This document shows, one piece after another, positions 17,961 through 29,479 of a stretch of DNA of 64,000 nucleotides (position 1 is the first letter of the stretch; every line of letters begins with the position of its first letter). Location of the stretch: contig CAVZSV010000004.1 in assembly GCA_963778115.1 (NCBI GenBank), forward strand, positions 2,368,001 to 2,432,000, read 5' to 3'. The notes beneath the pieces were generated by a model. That model had not been told where the DNA came from. It made no database searches and saw only the letters and a program-made list of their open reading frames with translations. The translations under genes and the position numbers were made by a program. This DNA comes from an uncultured delta proteobacterium. GTDB lineage: Bacteria > Bdellovibrionota > FAC87 > UBA2466.

Positions 17961-18656
17961 TTAGGATTTAGAAATCTTTGATTCGACGTAACTCTTAAGA
18001 ACGCGCCGGTGTACTGGGTTTACGCGAGTAAATTCTATGGCGACTGCGTTTTCCCCGTCTCTGATCTGTTCACGAACTAAAAGTCCGGTCATATCCAAAG
18101 ACTTTCCTAAGGCTTTTGCGTGCAGCGTGAAACGCACTTCGGTCCCGATGATAGGAATATCATCGGGAAGATTTATAAATATTCCTGATTCACTTAAATT
18201 TAGAATTTCGTGACGCGATCCGTCTTCCAAAGTGATTATGCCGTCTAGGGTAACCCGTTGCATCCGCGGGATCTCAACCCTGTGCGATCTCGAAGGCACC
18301 GGCGTGTGGGAGGCGTTCTTGCTGTTTTTGACAACATGCATGGGGACCACGTTCGCCCGGGCCGGAATCGTTTCCGTTCGTGCGCCAGCGGTGATCTTGG
18401 CGCTAGGCGTCATCTGAGCAGCAGCTGCTGCGGTTCGGGGAATCTCTCCTGAGGGGCTACTAGGCACTAAGTGATTAAAAGCGGATAGTTCACCCAACCT
18501 TACCCAATTCGCCATTCCTTCCGTCCAACCGAAATCAGAGAACTGCAGACGGCGTTTTTCCAAAAGCGCATAGACGACAGATTCCGTGAGCGGACCGATA
18601 GTATCGCCATCTACATGGAGGAACCAACTTTTGGGGAGCATTCTTAATTCTATCAT
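17961..18656 (-). CDS. GYF_2 (DUF4339) + PilZ domain protein
   Basis: N-terminal WFLHVDGDTIGPL...WTEGMANW (GYF_2). C-terminal RMQR...NLSESGIFI...IEF (PilZ). Confidence 0.85.
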   Translation of the reverse strand: MIELRMLPKSWFLHVDGDTIGPLTESVVYALLEKRRLQFSDFGWTEGMANWVRLGELSAFNHLVPSSPSGEIPRTAAAAAQMTPSAKITAGARTETIPARANVVPMHVVKNSKNASHTPVPSRSHRVEIPRMQRVTLDGIITLEDGSRHEILNLSESGIFINLPDDIPIIGTEVRFTLHAKALGKSLDMTGLLVREQIRDGENAVAIEFTRVNPVHRRVLKSYVESKISKS

Positions 18657-18812
18657 AAACTATCAGAGCTCAAATCAAGGCGATCATGTACGTCGGTAAA
18701 TCCTTGATGTTCCAGAAAAATAATAATGAAAATTCTGTTGTGAGGGCGGTGCGTCGTATTTCAGTGAAAGCAATCTGGAAATAGGAGTCTGTGATCTTAA
18801 TGAGTGTCGCGA

Positions 18813-18860
18813 GACGGCAATCTCAGTTAGGACCCCTTCCGATCCCACGAGATTGCCGTC
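18813..18860. repeat. 12-bp inverted repeat downstream of ndk
   Basis: GACGGCAATCTC (18813-18824) and GAGATTGCCGTC (18849-18860), with a 24-nt loop. Confidence 0.6.
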
Positions 18861-18876
18861 GCCAACTTTATTGCGA

Positions 18877-19284
18877 CTACATTTCGTTCTTGAAGAAGTA
18901 ATTGATTTCGCGTGCGGCGGAAGTGGGACTGTCCGAGCCGTGAACGCTGTTAGCTTCGAGACTTTCTCCGTAAAGTTTACGAATGGTCTGAGGAGCCGCT
19001 TTGGCCGGATCGGTGGCTCCCATTAGTTTTCGCCACTTGGCCACGGCATCAGGTGATTCCAAGACAAAGACGAGAACTGGCCCCGTCGTCATAAAACTCA
19101 CCAGACTGCCGAAAAAAGGGCGATCTTTGTGTTCGGCATAGAACCCTTCCGCTTCTGCCTTGCTCAGTGTTTTCATCTTGGCGGCGACAATTTTAAAACC
19201 ATCGTCTTCCACCAGAGTAAAAATTTTTCCGATGAGATTCTTTTTAACCGCATTTGGTTTAATTATTCCAAACGTTCTTTCCAT
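18877..19284 (-). CDS. ndk: Nucleoside diphosphate kinase
   Basis: [24 protein letters not shown] and NSVHGSDS motifs. Confidence 0.97.
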   Translation of the reverse strand: MERTFGIIKPNAVKKNLIGKIFTLVEDDGFKIVAAKMKTLSKAEAEGFYAEHKDRPFFGSLVSFMTTGPVLVFVLESPDAVAKWRKLMGATDPAKAAPQTIRKLYGESLEANSVHGSDSPTSAAREINYFFKNEM

Positions 19285-19297
19285 GAGATGTGGTCTC

Positions 19298-20170
19298 CTA
19301 TTTTCTTAAAAGTTTTGCCATCGTTTCACCGATGGTGGCTGGAGTCTTGGCAACGGCAACTCCCGCTGATTCCAGTGCTTTGATCTTGTCCGAGGCTTTG
19401 CCGCTTCCCCCGCTAATGATAGCTCCCGCATGCCCCATCCTTTTTCCGGGAGGAGCTGTCTGGCCACCGATAAATCCCACCACCGGTTTCTTGACTCGAG
19501 CTTTTATGTACTCGGCAGCTATCTCTTCCGCGGAGCCACCGATCTCGCCAATCATGACGATAGCCTCCGTTTCGGGATCCGCATTAAATCTTTCTATTAC
19601 ATCAAGAAACGACAAGCCGTTGATGGGATCGCCTCCAATGCCCACACAAGTGGACTGTCCGATTCCCAATTGGGTGAGTTGGTGTACCGCTTCGTAGGTC
19701 AAAGTTCCGCTACGGGATACGAGCCCAACCTTCCCCGCTTTATGGATATAGCCAGGCATAATGCCTATCTTGCATTGATCGGGAGTAATGATTCCGGGGC
19801 AGTTCGGTCCAATGAGAAGGCTTCGCTTTTGTTTTAAATAGTTTTTTACCATCACCATGTCGAGAATCGGAATTCCTTCGGTGATGCAAATGATAAGCTC
19901 TACACCGCTGTCTGCCGCCTCAATGATAGCGTCGGCAGCAAACGGGGCCGGAACGTAAATCATAGTCGCATTGGCATGGGTCGCTTCGACCGCTTCGGCG
20001 ACGGAATTATAGACGGGAATCCCTTCTACCGATTCACCACCTTTGCCGGGAGTCACTCCTCCTACGACTTTGGTACCATAGTCTTTGCAGGTTTTAGCGT
20101 GGTAAGCACCTGCTTGACCGGTGATTCCTTGCACGATGAGTTTTGTGGAAGCGTTGACTAAAATACTCAT
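19298..20170 (-). CDS. sucD: Succinyl-CoA synthetase alpha subunit
   Basis: [20 protein letters not shown] and RMGHAGA motifs. Confidence 0.98.
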   Translation of the reverse strand: MSILVNASTKLIVQGITGQAGAYHAKTCKDYGTKVVGGVTPGKGGESVEGIPVYNSVAEAVEATHANATMIYVPAPFAADAIIEAADSGVELIICITEGIPILDMVMVKNYLKQKRSLLIGPNCPGIITPDQCKIGIMPGYIHKAGKVGLVSRSGTLTYEAVHQLTQLGIGQSTCVGIGGDPINGLSFLDVIERFNADPETEAIVMIGEIGGSAEEIAAEYIKARVKKPVVGFIGGQTAPPGKRMGHAGAIISGGSGKASDKIKALESAGVAVAKTPATIGETMAKLLRK

Positions 20171-21339
20171 CGCGAACCTCCCGCGGCGGTTACCACTTTT
20201 TGGGCCGCATCTTTCATCCCTTCAGCGGGAATAATTTTTAGTTGGGACTCAGAAAGAATCTTTTTTCCTTGAGCCACATTAGTTCCTTCGAGCCGAACCA
20301 CGAGGGGGACGATTAATTGAAGCTCGCGGGCCGCCGAAATAATCCCTGCGGCGATTACATCGCATTTCATAATACCGCCAAAGATATTGACTAAAATTGC
20401 CTTAACCTTCTTGTCTTGGAGAATAATCTTAAAGGCTTCGCGAACTTTATCTTCGGTGGCGCCTCCTCCGACATCTAGGAAGTTAGCGGGACTACCGCCT
20501 TCATATTTGATGATATCCATCGTGGCCATGGCGAGTCCGGCGCCATTGACCATGCAGCCGATGTTTCCGTCCAAACTGATGTAGCTCAATTCGAACTTCT
20601 TTGCCTGGGTCTCATTAGGGTCTTCTTCGTTGGGATCGCTTAGTTCAAGAAAAGCCGAATGTCTAAAGAGAGCGTTATCGTCGAAAGTTATTTTAGCGTC
20701 GAGGGCAACAAGCCCTCCTTGTCCTGTCAAAACGAGTGGGTTGATCTCAGCGAGCGAACCATCACATTCGTTGAAAAAACGAACTAGCTTTTTAAGCAGA
20801 TCCGGAAATTGTTTTGCCGCTGCTCCCTTAAAACCAAGTCGGGAGGCGAGACGTCGAGTTTGATAATCACGCAGTCCCACCGTGGGATCGATCCACTCTT
20901 TAAAAATCTTTTCAGGAGTGCTGTGGGCGACCTCTTCGATATCCATTCCGCCGGCGGGACTCGCGATGATGGCTAGTTTTTGCGCGTCCCTGTCGAGGGT
21001 TACGGCCAAGTAGTATTCGGCGGCGATGTTGGCTCCTTCTTCAATGAGAAGGCGCTTGACCACTTTTCCTTCGGGGCCGGTCTGTGGGGTGATGAGGGTC
21101 ATTCCCAAGATAGCCTGAGAGAAGGCGCGCACCTCTTCCAAGGTCTTTGCGACTTTAACGCCGCCGCCTTTTCCTCGGCCTCCAGCGTGAATTTGCGCTT
21201 TTACCACCCAAGGGCCGTTTTTGGATACCGACGGGGCAGCTTGAACCGCCTCTTCCACCGTAAAAACCGCTTTACCCTGCGGAACGGGGATTTGGTATTT
21301 TCGGAAGAGCTCTTTCGCTTGATATTCGTGAATTTTCAT
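20167..21339 (-). CDS. sucC: Succinyl-CoA synthetase beta subunit
   Basis: [34 protein letters not shown] and [10 protein letters not shown] motifs. Confidence 0.98.
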   Translation of the reverse strand: MKIHEYQAKELFRKYQIPVPQGKAVFTVEEAVQAAPSVSKNGPWVVKAQIHAGGRGKGGGVKVAKTLEEVRAFSQAILGMTLITPQTGPEGKVVKRLLIEEGANIAAEYYLAVTLDRDAQKLAIIASPAGGMDIEEVAHSTPEKIFKEWIDPTVGLRDYQTRRLASRLGFKGAAAKQFPDLLKKLVRFFNECDGSLAEINPLVLTGQGGLVALDAKITFDDNALFRHSAFLELSDPNEEDPNETQAKKFELSYISLDGNIGCMVNGAGLAMATMDIIKYEGGSPANFLDVGGGATEDKVREAFKIILQDKKVKAILVNIFGGIMKCDVIAAGIISAARELQLIVPLVVRLEGTNVAQGKKILSESQLKIIPAEGMKDAAQKVVTAAGGSR

Positions 21340-21344
21340 TTGGG

Positions 21345-23511
<2,167 letters not shown>

Positions 23512-23633
23512 AGGGGCTGACTCCTCATCTGGTCGTGGTCTTAAATCCTTTAAAAAACGCCGCTAAAGCTTAGTTAACGAGGTTGAAGCTTGTCAACGAA
23601 TGGCCCTCGATTTAACTTATTGTCTGATTTACC

Positions 23634-23978
23634 ATGGACAAACTTCCCTCTTCGAATGCCCCTGCTTTGCTGACACGTCATTGCGATGACTGTTCGGGCC
23701 TTTCTCGGCTGTCGGCCAAAGAAGCGGGTATTTTAATGACTCAACTGAAGGGGTGGAGTTTAGGTGAGGCGACTCTTGAGAAGGAGTTTGTCTTTTCCAA
23801 TTTTGTTAAGGCACTGGATTGGGTAAATCGGGTGGGTAAGTTGGCCGAGTCCGAAGGACATCATCCTGATATCCTTTTGCATGACTACAAGAAGGTTAGG
23901 ATCTCATTGTGGACCCATACGATCTGTGGACTTACCGAAAACGACTTTATTTTGGCGGCAAAAATCGATGAAATCTAA
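23634..23978 (+). CDS. phhB: Pterin-4-alpha-carbinolamine dehydratase
   Basis: AESEGHHPDI and WTH...GLTENDFILAAKID motifs. Confidence 0.92.
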   Translation: MDKLPSSNAPALLTRHCDDCSGLSRLSAKEAGILMTQLKGWSLGEATLEKEFVFSNFVKALDWVNRVGKLAESEGHHPDILLHDYKKVRISLWTHTICGLTENDFILAAKIDEI

Positions 23979-25050
23979 AATATCTTATAAACTCGTCTTC
24001 CTTTTCCTAGGCCTAGCAGCCCAGGCGTTCGGCACCTATCTGCCCGACGAAAAAAACAATATTGATATCTACCGAAAATCCAGCGGTGCGGTGGTCAATA
24101 TCACGGCGACTACTTTGCAGCGGGATTTCTTTTTTGAAGTCGTTCCCCAAAAGGGGTTGGGCTCTGGGGCTATCATTAGATCCGAGGGCTATATTCTGAC
24201 GAACAATCATGTCATTGGTGATGCGGTCGATGTGGAGGTCACCCTGAATGACAAAAGCCAGTTTCCGGCGAAAGTCATAGGGCGCGACGCTGATTCTGAT
24301 CTCGCCGTCATTAAGATTGACCCTAAAGGAAGAAAACTTTCGACATTGGATTTTGGAAACTGGGAATCGTTAGCGGTCGGGCAAAAAGTACTGGCTATCG
24401 GAAATCCTTTCGGTCTCGGAGGATCCTTGAGTGTTGGAGTGGTGAGCTCCTTGGGAAGAGATATTCGCGCGACATCACAAAGTCCTATCATTAAAGACGT
24501 TATCCAGACCGATGCTGCTATCAATCCAGGAAATTCCGGAGGACCACTTTTGGATAGCTCGGGAAAACTCATCGGAATCAATGCGCAGATCTATACCCAA
24601 AGTGGCGGGAACGAAGGCATTGGATTTGCGATTTCGATTAAGACTTTGAAAAAAGTCGTTCCGGAACTTATTCAGTTTGGCCAAGTCCTAAGACCATGGC
24701 TCGGACTGGAAGGAGTAGGACTTCCTCGCGTACTTCTGGCGAACCAAGGAATTCCGGCCCCTCATGGCGTCATGCTCGTCGGGGTTTACGAGGATAGTCC
24801 AGCATCACGCGCAGGTCTTAAGGCTGCGACCAAAGAATTAGTTTACGGGTTTCGGTCCATCCCCTACGGCGGCGATGTGATCTATAAAATAGATAGCACT
24901 CCCATCATGGATTACCGCGATATTTTGGATTATCTCTCGGAAAAGAAAAACGGCGAGTCGATCGTCGTCCACTTCTATCGGGGAAAGGTGGCAAAGACTG
25001 TGACGGTTAAACTTACTTTGCCGCCTAATAGTGAAGCGAAGAGTTTGTAG
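23968..25050 (+). CDS. HtrA/DegP-family serine protease with one PDZ domain
   Basis: Signal peptide from ATG 23968; TNNHV, DLAVIK, QTDAAINPGNSGGPL; C-terminal PDZ. Confidence 0.93.
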   Translation: MKSKISYKLVFLFLGLAAQAFGTYLPDEKNNIDIYRKSSGAVVNITATTLQRDFFFEVVPQKGLGSGAIIRSEGYILTNNHVIGDAVDVEVTLNDKSQFPAKVIGRDADSDLAVIKIDPKGRKLSTLDFGNWESLAVGQKVLAIGNPFGLGGSLSVGVVSSLGRDIRATSQSPIIKDVIQTDAAINPGNSGGPLLDSSGKLIGINAQIYTQSGGNEGIGFAISIKTLKKVVPELIQFGQVLRPWLGLEGVGLPRVLLANQGIPAPHGVMLVGVYEDSPASRAGLKAATKELVYGFRSIPYGGDVIYKIDSTPIMDYRDILDYLSEKKNGESIVVHFYRGKVAKTVTVKLTLPPNSEAKSL

Positions 25051-25229
25051 GCAGATGCTAAATGACAAACGCTAAAAACTAAAAGCCCCAACTTAGGACT
25101 GACGTAAAAAGTCTGTCATTGGATGTGCCGATGATACCCCGACGCCCCGAGGGGGCGATCCTTATTTATTTTGTCAGGTGTCAGGCGAATCGCTAGATTT
25201 GACGAACTGCGAAGCAGCAGCAGAGATAG

Positions 25230-26162
25230 CTACCGACGAGCCTTTACCTTTTTTTTCGTCGGGAAAGCGATTACTTCACTCCGCAAGGGGTCGACGTCGG
25301 CGCTCGAGTCTTCGGTAAGACCTCCCAGCTCCTGCTTAAGACTTTTCTTAAATATACCCAGCGATTGCGGTTTGAGGGTAGCAATGGTGCTTATTGATTT
25401 GGCAAAGGAAGGAGATTTCTTTCCGACCCAGAAAAGAGAAACTTCCGGATGGCTTTTGCGGAAATGATTCATCCACTTTTCTAGGGGTTTTCCGTTTCCC
25501 ATGTCGTCGAAAATCACGATCGCGCGGGCTGGAAAAAGATCGTTATTGGCAGCACTAACGATCCAATCAAAGGGTTGTTCGGCGATAAGAGCCTGCCATC
25601 CCGGAAGCTCCTCCACGGTTTGGCGAGTAAGTTGGCGATTGACGGTATTTTGAGAAAGCACCAGCACGACATTATTAGTGGGGGTTGCCTTTCGAGTTTG
25701 AGCGCTGCCGACAGAGAGCCAATTCTCGCTTTCTGGAAAATAGGCTTCGGCGTAGGTCACTCCAATTCGGCCGGTCTCACATTCGATATAGACATGACGG
25801 ACGACACTTCGGCCCACATCTTGCGCAATGACTTCAATTCGTTTCTCTTTCGCCCAGTTCCCAACTTCATCAAGAAGGGAGGAATTTAGAGAACTCATTC
25901 CAAATAGTTTTAGGCGCAAGTGTTCCGCCCGAGCTCCTCCCGTTGTTCCCATTTTTGAATGAAGTGCTGCCAACCATTCGATCAATTCTTTAGGGTGCGA
26001 CTGTTGCGAGAAGAAAACCGCACCACAACTCTTCGAAGAGGGAGAAGTGATCACCACCAGCAATTCGCGATTGAGAGTTGCCGTAATTTTTGCGGGCGCC
26101 TTAAAAACGTAGACTCCATCCTTAGTTAAAGGAATTGCATGAAGTTTCATGAGTGTTTCCAT
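25230..26162 (-). CDS. Degenerate CheD-like domain fused to a degenerate receiver-like domain
   Basis: LRLKLFG...IEVIAQDVG....RHVYIECETGRI matches the CheD C-terminal pattern, but there is no LGSCV catalytic motif. It is followed by a VVLVL...RQL...IVIFDD receiver-like region. Confidence 0.55.
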   Translation of the reverse strand: METLMKLHAIPLTKDGVYVFKAPAKITATLNRELLVVITSPSSKSCGAVFFSQQSHPKELIEWLAALHSKMGTTGGARAEHLRLKLFGMSSLNSSLLDEVGNWAKEKRIEVIAQDVGRSVVRHVYIECETGRIGVTYAEAYFPESENWLSVGSAQTRKATPTNNVVLVLSQNTVNRQLTRQTVEELPGWQALIAEQPFDWIVSAANNDLFPARAIVIFDDMGNGKPLEKWMNHFRKSHPEVSLFWVGKKSPSFAKSISTIATLKPQSLGIFKKSLKQELGGLTEDSSADVDPLRSEVIAFPTKKKVKARR

Positions 26163-26252
26163 CGTAGATTTTGGGTGAAGGTGCGTAAAAAGGGGGCGAA
26201 AAATAACTTTAAATCTGAGTAGATTTTATCATTTAAGGGAGAGAATGTCGCG

Positions 26253-27011
26253 TCATTTGCGGATTTCTTTGATTGCGTATGTCGTCGTGAATGCCAGGAT
26301 TTGGTCCCGGCAAACATGAAGCAATTCCTTTAGCCTGCGAATTTCATCGTCTTTTTGGGCGAGACGACTCTGGATTTCCGGAGATTCTGTGGCTGCTTTC
26401 GGGGCCTCTTCAAGTCCCGGAAGCACATTATGGGCCGCGTGATAGCTTGCTGCGTTGGCGTTGGAGCGGTGTAACTCCTCTACCTCCACCAGCACCTGTT
26501 CGAGTTGCATTCTCATACTTTCGCACTTTTCGATGGCAAGGTTTTTGGAATGCTCGGTCGACTCGATTGTCTTAAGCGCCAGTTCATGTTTTTGTGCCGC
26601 AAGTCGAACTTCGTCTTTAAGTTCATCTATTCTTGTGACGGCTCGGCTGTACATCTCGCGGGTATTGGCGTTTTCTTCCTCTAGACGTTTTATCTGGAGT
26701 GATAACGTCTCTTCGGAACTTGTAGGTGGTAGAGGCGTTTTCTCTTCAAAGCACTCACCTATCATCTCTATTTTAGGTTCGTCGTTATGGGGCTCACCAA
26801 AAAGCGGATCACCAATAGTCTCAGGCTGTTTTATTTTAGTCTTCTGAACCGTTTCCGTATCGGAACTACGCAAGAGTTTCAGAATATAAAAAATAAGTAC
26901 GCCCGAGATGGCAAAAAACAATGATACGACAATGATCACTGGTGCACTCGATGATGTGAAGACCGGACCTTTTAATCCGGCTCCTAGTTTTGCCAGGTTC
27001 CCTCTCATCAT
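26253..27011 (-). CDS. Membrane-anchored coiled-coil hypothetical protein
   Basis: One TM (VIIVVSLFFAISGVLIFYIL), heptad E/K/L-rich region, GAAGGA RBS. Confidence 0.75.
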   Translation of the reverse strand: MMRGNLAKLGAGLKGPVFTSSSAPVIIVVSLFFAISGVLIFYILKLLRSSDTETVQKTKIKQPETIGDPLFGEPHNDEPKIEMIGECFEEKTPLPPTSSEETLSLQIKRLEEENANTREMYSRAVTRIDELKDEVRLAAQKHELALKTIESTEHSKNLAIEKCESMRMQLEQVLVEVEELHRSNANAASYHAAHNVLPGLEEAPKAATESPEIQSRLAQKDDEIRRLKELLHVCRDQILAFTTTYAIKEIRK

Positions 27012-27079
27012 CGTTCCTTCATAAGAAGTAGGGGACGTCCGAGGTTGTCCCCACTTCGAATTAATTAGGAGTTTAACGA

Positions 27080-27916
27080 CTACTGGCGAAGCAATTGCAG
27101 CGCAATTGCTGGCGTCTGGTTCGCTTGTGCTAACACAGCAACACCCGACTGCCGAATGATAGTTTCTCGCGCGAGATTGGTACTCTCTTGCGCGATATCC
27201 GTGTCGCGGATACGCGATTTTGCCGCACTCAGGTTTTCAGCGAAGATCGAGGCAGTGGACATCGTCGTTTGAAGACGGCTCTGCATCGAACCAACCTTTG
27301 CGCGGACTTCATTTACTTTTTGCATTCCGGCGTCAAGTCGCTCTAGGGACTCTTGGGCACCCTCTTTAGAGGAAATATCAATGCCGTCGATGCCTAAAGA
27401 ACCAGCGGTAAGATTGGCTTGTCCCGGGTCAAACGAGATGCGATCCACATCGGGATTGTTGTCAGTCCCGACTTGGAATTCTAGGACGGGAGCCGACCCG
27501 TTAAGAAGAGTTTTTCCGGCGTACTTAGTGGTTTGCGAAATGCGTTCGACTTCGCTCTTGAGCTCTTGCACTTCATTGTTGATGAGTGAACGCTCTTTGT
27601 CACCGACAGTGTCGGATGACGATTGCATCGCAAGTTCGCGAATGCGCATCAACGAATTATTAATTTCGTTGGTGCCGCCTTCGAAAACCTGAATGAGCGA
27701 CGCTCCGTCTTGCGCATTGCGAACAGCCTGACCAAGACTGCGGACAGTCGAGTTCAGAGTATCCGATATGGCCAAACCGGCCGCATCATCAGATGCCTTG
27801 TTAATTCGGCTGCCCGAAGACAGCTTCTCCATGGTCGACTCTAAACGATTACCAGTGGACTCCAAAGTCCGCTGGGCGTTTAGCGCCGCCTCATTGGTCA
27901 TGATACGTAACGACAT
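27080..27916 (-). CDS. fliC: Flagellin (short, 278 aa)
   Basis: LSSGSRINKASDDAAGLAIS, RIRDTDIA and AQANQ..LQLL motifs. Confidence 0.97.
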   Translation of the reverse strand: MSLRIMTNEAALNAQRTLESTGNRLESTMEKLSSGSRINKASDDAAGLAISDTLNSTVRSLGQAVRNAQDGASLIQVFEGGTNEINNSLMRIRELAMQSSSDTVGDKERSLINNEVQELKSEVERISQTTKYAGKTLLNGSAPVLEFQVGTDNNPDVDRISFDPGQANLTAGSLGIDGIDISSKEGAQESLERLDAGMQKVNEVRAKVGSMQSRLQTTMSTASIFAENLSAAKSRIRDTDIAQESTNLARETIIRQSGVAVLAQANQTPAIALQLLRQ

Positions 27917-28055
27917 ACTACCTCCTAATTAATCCGGTACACCTCCTTCTTGGTGATCCGCGGACAAAATATCCGCGGTTACTTCTTGTACTGCCGAAAT
28001 GATTTACTAACAGTTTGAACGAACTCCTTGCGAAACTTTTTTACTACTTTGTCCC

Positions 28056-28892
28056 TTACCCTCGAAGCAACTGCAACGCAACGGCGGGTTCCTGGTTGGC
28101 TTGCGCTAACACAGTGACTCCGGAATTACGGATGATTGTTTCTCGAGCAAGATTTGTGCTTTCCATCGCGATGTCAGTATCGCGAATACGGGAATTAGCA
28201 GCTGACAAATTCTCTTGGAAAATTGAATCCGTCGCATAAGTCGTTTCTAATCGACTTTGAATCGAACCGACCTTCGAACGAACCTCGTTGACTCTATACA
28301 TGGCCTGGTCGAGGACTTCCAATGATTCCTGCGCGCCAATCTTGCCGCTGATATCGAGTCCATCGATACCCAAAGCACCGGCCGTCAGGTCTGCATTTCC
28401 TGGGTCAAACATGATGCGGTCGACCTCAGGGTTATTTTCCGTACCGACTTGGATTTCGATAGGGGCGGCAGAACCGTTCAGCAACGTCTTTCCCGCATAT
28501 CTCGTTGTTTGCGAGATACGTTGAACTTCAGCCTTGAGCTCTTGGACTTCGTTGTTGATTAGAGCACGCTCTCGGTCGCCGACGGTGTCGGAAGAGGCTT
28601 GCATGGCAAGTTCCCGAATACGAACCAACGAATTATTAATTTCGTTAGTGCCGCCTTCGAAGACTTGGAATAGAGAAGAGCCGTCTTGGGAGTTACGCAT
28701 TGCCTGGCCAAGACTGCGAACGGTGGCTCGAAGTGTATCAGAAATCGCTAACCCCGCGGCATCGTCTGATGCTTTGTTGATACGCGATCCCGATGATAAC
28801 TTCTCAAAGGTAGATTGTAACCGATTCTGGGTCATTTCTAGATTGCGTTGGGCATTCAACGCACCTTCATTAGTCATGATTCTGAGAGCCAT
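28056..28892 (-). CDS. fliC: Flagellin (short, 278 aa), tandem paralog
   Basis: Same flagellin N- and C-terminal motifs; closely similar to 27080..27916. Confidence 0.97.
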   Translation of the reverse strand: MALRIMTNEGALNAQRNLEMTQNRLQSTFEKLSSGSRINKASDDAAGLAISDTLRATVRSLGQAMRNSQDGSSLFQVFEGGTNEINNSLVRIRELAMQASSDTVGDRERALINNEVQELKAEVQRISQTTRYAGKTLLNGSAAPIEIQVGTENNPEVDRIMFDPGNADLTAGALGIDGLDISGKIGAQESLEVLDQAMYRVNEVRSKVGSIQSRLETTYATDSIFQENLSAANSRIRDTDIAMESTNLARETIIRNSGVTVLAQANQEPAVALQLLRG

Positions 28893-29053
28893 CTCAAAAT
28901 CCTCCTATAGTGTTTGGCACCTCCTTCCGTGTGAGCTGTTCTTCGTTCATCGAAGAACAGTTGCAATCCCTGCAAATGGATAGAGTTTGTACTACGCCTT
29001 ACTTCTACTGCCGAGTCCTACATCAGCTATGAACATCACTCCTGCCAAGTTAT

Positions 29054-29080
29054 CCATCGTCGGAGAGAGGGATCTGTTTA
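29054..29080 (-). promoter_or_regulatory. Putative sigma28 (FliA) promoter of the flagellin genes
   Basis: Minus strand TAAA-N15-GACGATGG (consensus TAAA-N15-GCCGATAA), about 160 nt upstream of the first flagellin. Confidence 0.6.
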
Positions 29081-29479
29081 ACAAAAAAAAACAATGCGTA
29101 GCGCTATAATTTTTGATGCATTCCAGCATTTTGAAAGATGGACTTTCGAAAATGCCAGCATTTATAGTTACTTTCGACCAACGGCAAGAGGTCTGGGGAG
29201 CTCCAATTGACTCGATGTGTTGTTGATGATTTTTTTTCGGATTCTTTGCACGTACTTTCTGTTTTCGGAAACTTCAGAATGCACGATGTAATCGGAGTCT
29301 CCCCATCTTCCATTTTTTCCAATCAATTTCGTCGGTAAAAAGCGTTTTTTTGCGTCGTGTCGTGGGCCAAAAATTTGCCTCATGTCACAGGATGACAGTA
29401 CGCCGTGCTAGGGGTGGGAAAAATTAGCCCAAAATACCGACCCTGGCTTTTGTCCGATTTTCCCGCTAGGTTTAGAACA

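Noticed and set aside
29364..29400. GG-N10-GC on both strands plus a TGTCA-N5-TGACA palindrome as a sigma54 promoter/UAS
   Set aside because: Poor match at flanking positions and ambiguous direction; could be chance. Needs TSS data.
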